Shown here in pieces: positions 47,218 through 56,969 of a DNA stretch of 64,000 nt. This stretch comes from Thermoleophilia bacterium (GTDB lineage Bacteria > Actinomycetota > Thermoleophilia > BMS3ABIN01), in the NCBI GenBank assembly GCA_014859345.1, contig JACUUL010000005.1:1072-65071 (forward strand), given 5' to 3'. The position numbers were made by a program, and so were the translations under genes. How positions within the stretch are numbered: the first letter of the stretch is position 1; every line of letters begins with the position of its first letter. The notes under the pieces are model-generated. The model ran no database searches. It was given only the letters and a program-made list of their open reading frames with translations, and had not been told where the DNA came from.

Positions 47218-49500
47218 ATGCTGGTCAATCAGCCTCGCCGATCCGAAAAAAATTCCCGCGTGGCAGCCCTGCCCTTGCAGCCCCAACTCTCTCCCAACGC
47301 TCTCAAGGTCCTGGAAAAGAGATATCTGAAAAAAGACCACGACGGCAACCCGGTGGAAACACCGGCTGAAATGTTCCGGCGGGTGGCCCGCACCATCGCA
47401 GAAGCCGAACGGATTTATGACCCAGATGCCGACGTCGAATCCCGGGAGGAGGAGTTTTACCGGCTCATGGCGCGGCTGGAATTTCTGCCCAACTCGCCCA
47501 CTCTGATGAACGCCGGCCGGGAGCTGGGCCAGCTCTCCGCCTGCTTCGTTCTGCCCGTAGGCGACTCCATGGAGAGCATCTTCGACGCAATCAAGCATAC
47601 GGCGCTCATTCACAAAAGCGGCGGGGGCACCGGTTTCTCATTCTCCAGGGTGAGGCCGGGCAACGACGTCGTCCTCTCCACCAAGGGGGTATCCAGCGGA
47701 CCCATCTCTTTTATGACGGTCTTCGATGCGGCCACCGAAACCATCAAGCAGGGCGGCACCCGCCGCGGAGCCAACATGGGCATCCTGCGGGTGGACCATC
47801 CGGACATCCTCGATTTTATAGTTTGCAAGCAAAGCAACGACAAGCTCAACAATTTCAACATCTCGGTGGCCCTGACGGAGGATTTCATGCGGGCGGTGGA
47901 AGATGACAGCCAGTACGAGCTGCGCAATCCGCGGACCGGCGAGGTTACCAGAAGCCTGGATGCCCGCCGGGTTTTCGAGATGATCGTGAACCTTTCCTGG
48001 AAGAATGGAGATCCCGGCATCATCTTCCTGGACCGGATCAATCGTGATAATCCCACACCGCATGTGGGTGAGATCGAGAGCACCAATCCCTGCGGCGAGC
48101 AGCCACTGCTGGCTTACGAATCCTGCAATCTGGGATCGATAAACCTTTCCCGGATGCACGATGGGGCCGGCGGCATTGATTACGAGCGGCTGGGCCGGGT
48201 AGTCGACAGCGCGGTGCGCTTTCTGGATAACGTCATAGACGTTAACCGGTATCCGCTGCCTCAGATCGCGGAAATGACCAGGGCCAACCGCAAGATCGGC
48301 CTGGGAGTCATGGGATACGCGGACCTGCTCATCGAGATGGGTATCCCGTATAACTCCGAGGGCGCGGTGGAGGTGGCGGAAGAGGTAATGTCGTTCATTC
48401 AGGACCGCTCGAGGCAATACTCCGTGAAGCTGGCCGAGCAGCGTGGCGTCTTCCCGAATTTCGCGGGCAGCGTTTACGACCGCGAGGGAGGTCCCAGGGT
48501 CAGGAACGCAACGTCGACCACCATCGCTCCCACCGGGACGCTCAGCATCATCGCCAACTGCTCCAGCGGCATCGAGCCCCTGTTCGGAATCTCATATATC
48601 CGGAACGTGCTGGACAATACGGAAATGGTAGAGGTGCATCGCCTTTTCGAACAGATGGCCCGGGACGGAGGTTTTTACAGCGAGAAACTGATGAAAGAGA
48701 TCGCCAGGAAGGGCAGCGTCGCGGACCTTCCCGAGATTCCGGAAGAGATGCGGACACTCTTTGTGACGGCCCATGATGTTACTCCCGAGTGGCACGTGCG
48801 TATGCAGGCAGCCTTTCAGAAATATACCGATAATGCTGTTTCCAAGACGGTGAACTTTCCTCATGACGCGAGCGTGGCTGATGTGGATCAGGTTTACATG
48901 CTGGCCTTCAAGACCGGCTGCAAGGGCGTCACGATCTATCGCGATGGCAGCCGTGAGTCGCAGGTGCTCAACATCGGCGGCGTCGGAAAGGCAGCGGCGC
49001 CCGAGATCCTGCCCGGCCAGGTCAAACCACGGCCCAGGCCCAATTACATCTCAGGAGGCACCCACAAGCTCGCGTCCGGTTGCGGGAACATCTACGTGAC
49101 CATAAATCAGGACGAGTATGGTCTCTTCGAGGTCTTTTCCTCCATGGGCCGCGCCGGAGGCTGCAAGGGCGCTCAGTCGGAGGCGATCGCCCGGCTGGTG
49201 TCGCTGGCGCTCAGGTCCGGCGTGGCCGTGGACGCGGTGATCAAGTCGGTAAAAGGGATCCGTTGCCCGACTCCGGGATTCGGTGAGAACGGAAAGGTCA
49301 ATTCCTGTCCCGACGCTATCGCCCAGGCGCTGGTGGCGCACCTGGAGGCGATGCCGGAGCTCGGGCAGGATCTCACCGCCGAACTGCCCTCTTCGGCTGA
49401 GCTGGGGCTGTGCCCGGAATGTCCGGATTGCGGAGACCGGGTGGAGTTCGGAGAAGGCTGTGTCTTCTGCCGCTCCTGCGGATTTTCCAAATGCGGTTGA
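47218..49500 (+). CDS. nrdJ: class II (adenosylcobalamin-dependent) ribonucleotide reductase with C-terminal TSCPD domain
   Basis: NSPTLMNAG, SACF, TNPCGEQPL, TIAPTGT, C-terminal CPDC...CRSCGFSKC; no nrdB nearby. Confidence 0.93.
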   Translation: MLVNQPRRSEKNSRVAALPLQPQLSPNALKVLEKRYLKKDHDGNPVETPAEMFRRVARTIAEAERIYDPDADVESREEEFYRLMARLEFLPNSPTLMNAGRELGQLSACFVLPVGDSMESIFDAIKHTALIHKSGGGTGFSFSRVRPGNDVVLSTKGVSSGPISFMTVFDAATETIKQGGTRRGANMGILRVDHPDILDFIVCKQSNDKLNNFNISVALTEDFMRAVEDDSQYELRNPRTGEVTRSLDARRVFEMIVNLSWKNGDPGIIFLDRINRDNPTPHVGEIESTNPCGEQPLLAYESCNLGSINLSRMHDGAGGIDYERLGRVVDSAVRFLDNVIDVNRYPLPQIAEMTRANRKIGLGVMGYADLLIEMGIPYNSEGAVEVAEEVMSFIQDRSRQYSVKLAEQRGVFPNFAGSVYDREGGPRVRNATSTTIAPTGTLSIIANCSSGIEPLFGISYIRNVLDNTEMVEVHRLFEQMARDGGFYSEKLMKEIARKGSVADLPEIPEEMRTLFVTAHDVTPEWHVRMQAAFQKYTDNAVSKTVNFPHDASVADVDQVYMLAFKTGCKGVTIYRDGSRESQVLNIGGVGKAAAPEILPGQVKPRPRPNYISGGTHKLASGCGNIYVTINQDEYGLFEVFSSMGRAGGCKGAQSEAIARLVSLALRSGVAVDAVIKSVKGIRCPTPGFGENGKVNSCPDAIAQALVAHLEAMPELGQDLTAELPSSAELGLCPECPDCGDRVEFGEGCVFCRSCGFSKCG

Positions 49501-49656
49501 TAGACAAGATGCATTGTCATCAACTGTTTGAGAGCGCTTCCGGAGTCGGACCGGCGCAGGAAATTTCCAGGCAACTGGGGAAAAGTAGCAGAAAAACAGC
49601 AGGAAATAGATGACGGGGACAGATTCATGACATTTGAGCAAATCGGATAACTGCTC

Positions 49657-50601
49657 GTGACCTCGACGCATGAAACCTCGCAGATAGGGGGAGGGCGCGG
49701 ACGCCGCCACCGCCGGATTGCGGCAATTGATCCGGCGGCCTGGCTGAAGAAAAGAGTCCATCACCTCGATATGCGGCGGAACAATCGAAAGCTGACCGTG
49801 CTGGCTCTGGTTTGTTTCAGCTTCTTCTTTCTCTGGCTGTCGCTGAAGGTGTTTGCCCAGACCGATCTCTGGCCTCTGCTGGCGGCGCCCATTTTGGTTT
49901 CCGCCTGGTTTTTTTACGAAGCAGGAGTCCTGGCAACTGTTGCCGTCACCGGTCTGTTGCTGACTCAGACTTCATTCGAGAAGTCGGAGCCGGTCACCAC
50001 CGCTGTATTCACCTTCGCGGCGATTGGCCTGGGGATATCCTGGGCGCTCAGGCGCCAGCGTCGGGTTCATAGGCAGATACTCAGATGGTCGCTTACGGAT
50101 ACCCTGACCGGGCTTTATAATTACGGCTATTTTGAGGAAGCTCTGGACCGGGAAATGCACCGGGCCCATCGATACGGGGGCGAGATTACCCTGATCATGT
50201 TCGATATCGATCACTTCAAGATGTTCAATGACCATTTCGGCCACCAGACCGGCAACGAAGCGCTCCGGATGGTGGCCGATGTCATCCGCGGTCAGAAACG
50301 CGAGTCTGATATCGCTGCCCGTTTTGGAGGAGAGGAGTTTGTGCTGCTGCTTCCGGGAGGCGAGGCGGGAGGCCTGGAAATCGCCGCCCGGCTCAGTCAG
50401 GCAATTGCTAGTACGCCTGTGCCGGTGGGCGGCGGCGCGACAGCAGCCATCACCGTTAGCGCCGGTGTGGCCAGCTATCCCCGGGGAGCTGTCTCAAAAC
50501 AGGAGTTGCTTGACCGGGTGGATCAGCTTCTGTATCAATCAAAAAGAAACGGACGCAACCGTGTGAGCTCAGCCCCCTCCTGGCGCCGCCTGGCGGTGTG
50601 A
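49657..50601 (+). CDS. membrane-anchored diguanylate cyclase
   Basis: TM helices, DTLTGLYN, DIDHFK..ND..GH, RESD I-site, GGEEF; start uncertain (alternative ATG 49771). Confidence 0.92.
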   Translation: MTSTHETSQIGGGRGRRHRRIAAIDPAAWLKKRVHHLDMRRNNRKLTVLALVCFSFFFLWLSLKVFAQTDLWPLLAAPILVSAWFFYEAGVLATVAVTGLLLTQTSFEKSEPVTTAVFTFAAIGLGISWALRRQRRVHRQILRWSLTDTLTGLYNYGYFEEALDREMHRAHRYGGEITLIMFDIDHFKMFNDHFGHQTGNEALRMVADVIRGQKRESDIAARFGGEEFVLLLPGGEAGGLEIAARLSQAIASTPVPVGGGATAAITVSAGVASYPRGAVSKQELLDRVDQLLYQSKRNGRNRVSSAPSWRRLAV

Positions 50602-50656
50602 AGACTCCGCTGCTTCGAAAAGGGCCTTGCACGTTGCAATCGGAAGGAGAGAGAGT

Positions 50657-50926
50657 ATGGCGCAGTCCAGGCCCCACGTTGCCAGCACCGAAAGAATAAA
50701 AGTGAGCATCGAAACACGCACCAGCACTATCGTGGGCACTGTGCATCTGCCGGCGGTCGAGTACCGCAGCCGGCTTTCCGATTTGCTCACCCAGCAGGGC
50801 ACAGTGTTTCTTAATGTTACCGATGCGACTGTTTACACACCCAGGGACGCGGAGAATCCATCCTACAAGACCTCGTATCTGGCAGTAAACCTGGGCGGCA
50901 TCGAAATCGTCAGGCCGTTGGATTAA
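50657..50926 (+). CDS. small hypothetical protein (DUF6812-like)
   Basis: AGGAG SD; 'I.G.VHLP...RLSDLL....FL.VTDA.V' pattern. Confidence 0.7.
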   Translation: MAQSRPHVASTERIKVSIETRTSTIVGTVHLPAVEYRSRLSDLLTQQGTVFLNVTDATVYTPRDAENPSYKTSYLAVNLGGIEIVRPLD

Positions 50927-51060
50927 GACCCGCCTGCGCGAACCTTTGGCAATCATTGCGGCGGGTATTTAAATCCAGGACGGCGGAAACCACAAAACAG
51001 GATACGGAACCACAGGCCGCAGGCACGAAGATCGCGATATCGGAAGCAGGTACGACACGC

Positions 51061-51489
51061 CTATATCAGAAGCACGTACAGCACGCCTGCCAGGAAAACA
51101 ATTTCCACCGAGGTAAGAACAGCCGTCAGCCAGATGAACAGCCGGGCCGCGCCGGTGCCGTCCCCGGTCCTTTTCAGCCTGTTCCTCTCGAAACGGCCGA
51201 CCACCAGGTAAACGATATGGATTAAACCGAAGGCCGCCGCTCCCCAGAAGAGCTGCCAGCGATCTGTGTAAGCAAGCAAAAGGTAATAATAGAGAATCTC
51301 TGCCAGCAACAGGAGGATATTCATCCGGTAACCTGCTTCAACCATCTGTTCGAAGCGGGCTTCCGGATACGATTCCTTCAGCTTCTGGCGCTCCCGCCCC
51401 AGGTCCCTGAGGGCGCGGGGAACCAGTCTGAGGGTCAGGGCGCTGCCGGCCAGCACGAACAAAGTATATATAAACAGGAAGATCCTCAA
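51061..51489 (-). CDS. hypothetical four-TM membrane protein
   Basis: Hydrophobic helices; co-oriented with upstream genes. Confidence 0.65.
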   Translation of the reverse strand: MRIFLFIYTLFVLAGSALTLRLVPRALRDLGRERQKLKESYPEARFEQMVEAGYRMNILLLLAEILYYYLLLAYTDRWQLFWGAAAFGLIHIVYLVVGRFERNRLKRTGDGTGAARLFIWLTAVLTSVEIVFLAGVLYVLLI

Positions 51490-51548
51490 GGCTCTTCTAC
51501 GGCCGGTCCCAGCGAATTCTCACTTCACCGGATTGATTATTCAGGCCA

Positions 51549-52466
51549 TCAACGGTTGTTCTTTTCTGGCTTTTCATCCCTCTTCCCTGAATCCGGTTCT
51601 TGAAGAAACCTCCGATACAACAGGTCTGCGTTGACGGCGACAAAAAAGATTGAAAGCAAAGGCAGGGCCGGAACGCCGATGTCGAGGCTTACTCCGATCA
51701 TCATTGTGGCCACAAACGACACGGCCATAGCCAGCGAAGTCAGAACGCGGCGCAGCCGGAAGGTCAGAGCGCAGCCGATGAAGATGGAAAAAAAGATGAA
51801 GTCGGCGATTCCTAACCGGGAAGTGGCGTCCACAGCGATAACCGGCAGGCTGACCGTCAGGTAGTCAATCCAGGGCCCGCTGCTTTCCACCATCTTTTTT
51901 GTGGGCCCGAAAAACACGCTGTAGAAGTCGACGGCGATGATCAGGACCGCGATCAGAAGCACCTGGCTGATCGAGGTAAGCATCAGAGAGATCCAGAGGC
52001 CGGCGGCGCAGGCGAAGACAATTTTTGCCAGGCTTTCCAAAGGAGTCAGCCCCAGCGCGGCGGCGGCGGCTGCGGCAAAGGCGGCGGCCGGCACCAGCGC
52101 CAGCAAAAGGTGCCGCAGCCTGATCAGGAAAGTCAGCCCGGATGCCAGGGCGCTGGCTGCCATCAGTCCCAGAGCCAGAGAAAGGACCGCCCTGCCGTTG
52201 GAATCCGGACCAGGAATGCCGGTAAGGAGCGCGGCGGCCAGGGCTGCCGAAAGAGCAGTCAGGACCACGCCAAAAATTACCAGCGACCTGGTTTCGGTTC
52301 TGGAATCGAGGCGCGGATTCAGGATAGCGAATTCTTTTCTGGATTCCTGACGGCGTTTCAGCCGGGAGATCCGGCTTTCCGCCTCGCCGCTTTCGTTGTT
52401 GGCGGCGCGGCGGGCACGCTCCCGGGGGCGTGCTGGATATTTATCCGGACGGTCATCCAATTCCAC
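51549..52466 (-). CDS. presenilin/signal-peptide-peptidase-like multi-TM protein (putative intramembrane aspartyl protease)
   Basis: About 9 TM segments; AVDFYSVF (YD-like), LGIADF (GxGD-like), VPALP (PAL) in canonical order. Confidence 0.7.
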   Translation of the reverse strand: MELDDRPDKYPARPRERARRAANNESGEAESRISRLKRRQESRKEFAILNPRLDSRTETRSLVIFGVVLTALSAALAAALLTGIPGPDSNGRAVLSLALGLMAASALASGLTFLIRLRHLLLALVPAAAFAAAAAAALGLTPLESLAKIVFACAAGLWISLMLTSISQVLLIAVLIIAVDFYSVFFGPTKKMVESSGPWIDYLTVSLPVIAVDATSRLGIADFIFFSIFIGCALTFRLRRVLTSLAMAVSFVATMMIGVSLDIGVPALPLLSIFFVAVNADLLYRRFLQEPDSGKRDEKPEKNNR

Positions 52467-52529
52467 TCAGGCTTCCAGAAAACAGGAGACAGAAAACCAG
52501 CACCCTGCGGGCGCCAGGTGTTTGTCATT

Positions 52530-53132
52530 TTAATACGGGGGCAATGACTCGTACCACTCGCTCAGCACCTTGAAGGCTTTCCAGAAGTCAGTCTTCTGGC
52601 GCTGGTCGCTTAGAGACTCATCTATTTCGGGAGTGATCAGCGCTTCGATTGTGGGGGTCATCTGCTGGATCTCTCCGGGCCTGAATTCGAGCCTGCCAGC
52701 CAGAGGAAAGTCCAGTTCGTTAATGGCCTCCAGGGTTTCCTCGCCCATTACCACGACCAGTTTGGGCTGGACGATCATGAGCTCCCGCTTAAGATACTGC
52801 GGGCAGTGGCGCCGGCCTTCCGGCTCGTTCACGTTGGCGCACTTGATAACATTGGTCCCGTAAAGGATCAAGGAATCGATGGAGAGCTTCTGGCAGCCCT
52901 TAATAACCGCTTCTCCGGAGCGGCCAAAAAACGCGACACCCTCAGAGGCTTCGCTGGGATGGGTTCGGTACTTGACCAGAAAGATGTCCGCCAGCGGATG
53001 CCCCGAGCCTATCACCGGCACTGCCTTGCCGTGGGCACACCGTTCGCAGTGAGTCAGCTCACGGCAAAGCTCGTTGATTTCTGAGATGGCGCGGGTCATG
53101 TGCTTGTCGTATATGTCTTCCGGTTTTGACAA
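52530..53132 (-). CDS. uracil-DNA glycosylase superfamily protein (family-4-like, degenerate motifs)
   Basis: CERC, GSG.P.A, AFFGRSG, TNVIKC, C..YL.REL.IVQPK. Confidence 0.8.
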   Translation of the reverse strand: MSKPEDIYDKHMTRAISEINELCRELTHCERCAHGKAVPVIGSGHPLADIFLVKYRTHPSEASEGVAFFGRSGEAVIKGCQKLSIDSLILYGTNVIKCANVNEPEGRRHCPQYLKRELMIVQPKLVVVMGEETLEAINELDFPLAGRLEFRPGEIQQMTPTIEALITPEIDESLSDQRQKTDFWKAFKVLSEWYESLPPY

Positions 53133-53391
53133 TTAGCCTCTGGAATCAAAGGTCGTGGTTCCGTTTATTTTTCCTGCGGCCGGCCGCAGGGCTGTGGGTG
53201 CGTCCTCAAGGCAAAAAACCACCCGCGCGAAGGGCAGATCTTCCCCCCTGCTTTTAGCTGGACCACAGCCCTTTTCCCGATAAGGTCAGGTGTAAAATTT
53301 TTTTAAGACAGGCTCTTAGTTATTAGCCACAATCGTAAAAAATCCTGCTACTGACGTATTTATGGCCTGACTCAAGGCAGCGGCACAGCGT

Positions 53392-54756
53392 TCAGGCGAC
53401 CTCGAAAAGGGCGACCACCTCGATATGTGGAGTGTGCGGGAACATATCGACAGCGCCGGCTCCAAGGAGACGGTAACCGCCCTCGACCAGTTGGGCGGCG
53501 TTGCCGGCCAGCGTAGACGCGTTACAGGAAACGTAAACGATCCGGGACGGCATGATTTCCAGGATCCGCTGGACCTCTTTTTTGCTGGCTCCGGCTCTTG
53601 GAGGATCCATAACCACCACGTCCGGCCGCCGCCGAAGGCCAAGGTCCTTTAGCACCTTGCGCACCTTGCCGACGGCAAAGCCGGCGTTTTCGGCGCCATT
53701 AGCGCGGGTGTTCTCCCGGGCCAGGATGACCGCTTCCTCCATTATCTCTATTCCGAAAACCTCGCGGCATCCGCGGGCCAGCAGCAATGAAATGGAGCCG
53801 ATTCCGCAGTAAAGGTCAAATACAAGCTCCTCGCCCCGGAGGCCGGCATAACCGACCGCCTTCCGGTAAAGGCGCTCGGCCATGTGAGTGTTCGTCTGCA
53901 GGAACGACGAAGGAGATACTTTCAACCTGAGGCCCCGGATCTCCTCAAATATGTGATCCCGGCCGGCCAAAACCTGAAAGGGAAAACCGGTCGCCACCGA
54001 CGCTTTCGTGCTGTTGACGCTCCATACAAGGGAGGCGATCTCGGGATGGTCCGTCGTCAGCCTGCGCGCGAAATCCTGCTTTTCCGGGAACTCTCCCGGC
54101 GCAGTCACCAGGTTGACCATCACCTCGCCGGTATTGGCCCCCTCCCTGAGGACCAGATGCCGGAAAAAACCGGCTCCGGAGCGCGGGTCATAGGCTTCCA
54201 GGCCGCTTTCACGGACAAGCTCGCGGGTCAGGTTCCGGATCTTATTGGTAAGCTGCGAATGAAGCACGCAGTCATCGATATTAATTACGCGCTGCCACTC
54301 GCCCGGCCGGTGGAAGCCAAGATCGATACCGGCGCCGGGCGCCGGCGCGAAAGAGAACTCCACCTTGTTGCGGTAACGCCACAAGGGAGCGGCGCCGAGC
54401 GGCTCATCAAGCGGCGGTTCCTCCACCCCGCCGATGCGTTTCAGGCAGTCGCCCACCTGTTTCTGCTTGAACTCCAGCTGGGTTTCATAAGGAAGGGATT
54501 GCCATGAGCAGCCGCCACAAACCCCGAAGTGCGCGCAGGCAGGCTGGATGCGCTGGCGGGATGGGGCCAGAACCTCAACCGACCGCGCCTCGGCATAGGA
54601 ACGCTTTGATGCGGTGACCAATGCCCTTACGACATCGCCGGGCACGGCGCCCTCAACAAAAACCACGAATCCGTTTACGCGCGCCACGCCCCGGCCACCG
54701 AAAGCGAGACTGTCAATGGAAACCTCGATCTCCTGGTTTTTTACCGGTTTGTTCAT
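53392..54756 (-). CDS. rlmD: 23S rRNA m5U1939 methyltransferase
   Basis: TRAM domain, C.HFGVCGGC, FLQTN, DLYCGIG, DPPRAG, YVSCN, DMFPHTPHIE. Confidence 0.94.
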   Translation of the reverse strand: MNKPVKNQEIEVSIDSLAFGGRGVARVNGFVVFVEGAVPGDVVRALVTASKRSYAEARSVEVLAPSRQRIQPACAHFGVCGGCSWQSLPYETQLEFKQKQVGDCLKRIGGVEEPPLDEPLGAAPLWRYRNKVEFSFAPAPGAGIDLGFHRPGEWQRVINIDDCVLHSQLTNKIRNLTRELVRESGLEAYDPRSGAGFFRHLVLREGANTGEVMVNLVTAPGEFPEKQDFARRLTTDHPEIASLVWSVNSTKASVATGFPFQVLAGRDHIFEEIRGLRLKVSPSSFLQTNTHMAERLYRKAVGYAGLRGEELVFDLYCGIGSISLLLARGCREVFGIEIMEEAVILARENTRANGAENAGFAVGKVRKVLKDLGLRRRPDVVVMDPPRAGASKKEVQRILEIMPSRIVYVSCNASTLAGNAAQLVEGGYRLLGAGAVDMFPHTPHIEVVALFEVA

Positions 54757-54847
54757 GCTAACGCCGCGGCCGACTACAGGCGGCCACTTTTTTATAATTC
54801 TTGCATTTACAGGGAAAAAGTGGCAACTTCAAGGGGATCCAGTCCAA

Positions 54848-54876
54848 TTGACACATGCTATAGGGTATCCTAGAAT
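54848..54876 (+). promoter_or_regulatory. sigma70-type promoter of tatA-tatC
   Basis: TTGACA-17 nt-TAGAAT. Confidence 0.8.
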
Positions 54877-54941
54877 GGCAGATGGGGTATAAGTACGAAG
54901 TATCCTCACATCCGTTCCCGATTTTCAAGGAGTAAGTGATC

Positions 54942-55223
54942 ATGCCATCAATCGGCTGGCAGGAGTTAATCATAGTGCTGGTCATTATTCTGGTCATCTT
55001 CGGTCCCAAGCGGCTGCCGGAGGTCGGGCGCTCTCTGGGCAGGGGCATCAGGGAGTTTAAAAAGTCCACGACCGAGATTCAGGAACAGCTGACCAAGGAA
55101 GAACCGGCCACACCCACCGTTGAAAAGACGGTGGCCGAGCCGAAGACGGCTCCCGAGCCGGCTGCCGCGCCCGAGCCCAAGAGCGCCCCGGAGGCCGGCA
55201 GCACCGAACCCAAAGCCTCCTGA
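54942..55223 (+). CDS. tatA: twin-arginine translocase TatA
   Basis: IGWQELIIVLVIILVIFGPKRLPEVGRSLGRGIREFK; AAGGAG SD. Confidence 0.95.
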   Translation: MPSIGWQELIIVLVIILVIFGPKRLPEVGRSLGRGIREFKKSTTEIQEQLTKEEPATPTVEKTVAEPKTAPEPAAAPEPKSAPEAGSTEPKAS

Positions 55224-55271
55224 TCGTCATAAGGGCCGGCCGCTTTGTCCACCCTCTGACCTTCTCCGGCC

Positions 55272-56051
55272 TTGTCAGAATCTAACGACAGACCGATGTC
55301 CCTGATCGAGCATCTGGATGAGTTGCGCAGACGCATCATCATCTCGGTGGTGGCGATCGCCGTGGGCACGATCGGTTGCTTCATCTTCAAAGGCCCGCTG
55401 CTCAGGCTGCTGATCGCTCCCCTGAGCGACATGGAAATGCGGCTGATCACTCTCTCCCCCACCGAATCGTTCATGACCGTCTTCAAAGTGGCTATCTATG
55501 GTGGCCTGATAGTGGCCTCCCCGGTCATCATCTACCAGATTTGGGCCTTTGTCGCTCCGGGTCTGAAAAAACGGGAGCGGCGGATAACGCTGACGGCCGC
55601 TTCTTTCACCACACTGCTGTTTTTTGCGGGTGTGGCTTTTGCCTGGTTCCTGGTGCTGCCCAGAGGCCTGGAATTCCTGCTAAATTACGAGTCTGGGATC
55701 TTCGATCAGCAGGTTCAGGCCAGCCGCTACTTCTCATTTGTGGCCATGTTCCTGTTTGCTTTCGGGCTCGTGTTCGAACTGCCGGCGATGATCGTGACTC
55801 TTTCCTGGGTGGGGATAGTTAACGCCCGCACGCTGAGCACCAAGCGCAAGTACGCCATTCTTCTCGGCGCTGTCATCAGCGCCTCCCTGACTCCTGCAGA
55901 TGTTTTCTCGATGGTGGCTCTATTTATGCCGTTTCTTCTGCTATATGAGATCAGCCTCGTGCTGGTGCGTCTTATCGAACGCTCCCGGCGGCGCAAGCAA
56001 TCAGAGGCAGACATCGACAGCGGCCAGGATGTTGGGCAGACGGCCGGATAA
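55272..56051 (+). CDS. tatC: twin-arginine translocase TatC
   Basis: MSLIEHLDELRRR, YQIWAFVAPGL, FELP; start could be ATG 55296. Confidence 0.95.
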   Translation: MSESNDRPMSLIEHLDELRRRIIISVVAIAVGTIGCFIFKGPLLRLLIAPLSDMEMRLITLSPTESFMTVFKVAIYGGLIVASPVIIYQIWAFVAPGLKKRERRITLTAASFTTLLFFAGVAFAWFLVLPRGLEFLLNYESGIFDQQVQASRYFSFVAMFLFAFGLVFELPAMIVTLSWVGIVNARTLSTKRKYAILLGAVISASLTPADVFSMVALFMPFLLLYEISLVLVRLIERSRRRKQSEADIDSGQDVGQTAG

Positions 56052-56066
56052 GATCCTTTCTTTCTC

Positions 56067-56969
56067 CTATGCGGGCGGGCCTGAGAGTGCCGCCTGGGAG
56101 GGGGCTCTTAAAATGGGAATGAGCATGTCGGCGGTGGTCTTGAAACCGTAGGTGCCTTTTTCGCCGCTGAGTGCGTAGATCAGCGAGATCTGCCCGATGC
56201 GGCTGTCGATGTTGTCGACTGAGGAGACGTCCAGGCTCAGAAACAGGGGTATCTCCGAGCGGGGGGCATCCGAGGGCTCGGCGCCCACCGCCAGTATCCC
56301 CAGCTCTCTCAGGCCCAGCAGAAGCCGTTTTTGAAGCTCTGAGTAATCTGGTGACTGTTCGTCATTTGCCCGGGCCACCAGGACTACCGCGTCAACCGGG
56401 GATTCGTAATTGCCGCTCATCGAGTCGACCAGTATGTTCTGGAGAGCCGTCAAAGCTTTGGGGTTGTCCGCCCTGCCGCCAATCTCCGCGGCCAGCTGAC
56501 GGCCGAGCGCCGGCACGACAGAGGATTCATCAGCGTCAGCGAAGGCCGGGTTGTTCCGCAGGCCGCTCTTCAGTCCGGCAGCCACAGGTCCCGGATCCAG
56601 GCCCGGACTCAGGATTGTGGTGGTGACCACCTGGCCGCCGGCGCTGTTAATCGACGATGAAAGCCTGCGAAGGATATCGTCACCCACCGCGCCGGACGCA
56701 ACCAGGGCAATCCTGGTGCCCTGCAGCCGCCCGCTGATGATGAAAGGGAAGGCATCGTCCTGGAAGCGGAGGTTGAGGGAGCGTTCCCTTTCCAGATCCG
56801 TATTCCGGGAGCGAAGATCGTCAATATCGCGCAGTATCTCATCCGTGAGGCCGGAGCGTCCTGTCTCTACCACACCATTGTCTGACAGGCTGATTCCTAC
56901 CAGGACTCCCAGTCCCAGGGCAAGGAAGACCGCGACCAGCGAAAGCAGGTGATATCTCCAGGTAAGCAT
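56067..56969 (-). CDS. MctB/SteB (DUF3186) family protein
   Basis: RYHLLSLVAVFLALGLGVLVG, coiled coil, SSVDNID...GQ, G.YG.K. Confidence 0.88.
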   Translation of the reverse strand: MLTWRYHLLSLVAVFLALGLGVLVGISLSDNGVVETGRSGLTDEILRDIDDLRSRNTDLERERSLNLRFQDDAFPFIISGRLQGTRIALVASGAVGDDILRRLSSSINSAGGQVVTTTILSPGLDPGPVAAGLKSGLRNNPAFADADESSVVPALGRQLAAEIGGRADNPKALTALQNILVDSMSGNYESPVDAVVLVARANDEQSPDYSELQKRLLLGLRELGILAVGAEPSDAPRSEIPLFLSLDVSSVDNIDSRIGQISLIYALSGEKGTYGFKTTADMLIPILRAPSQAALSGPPA

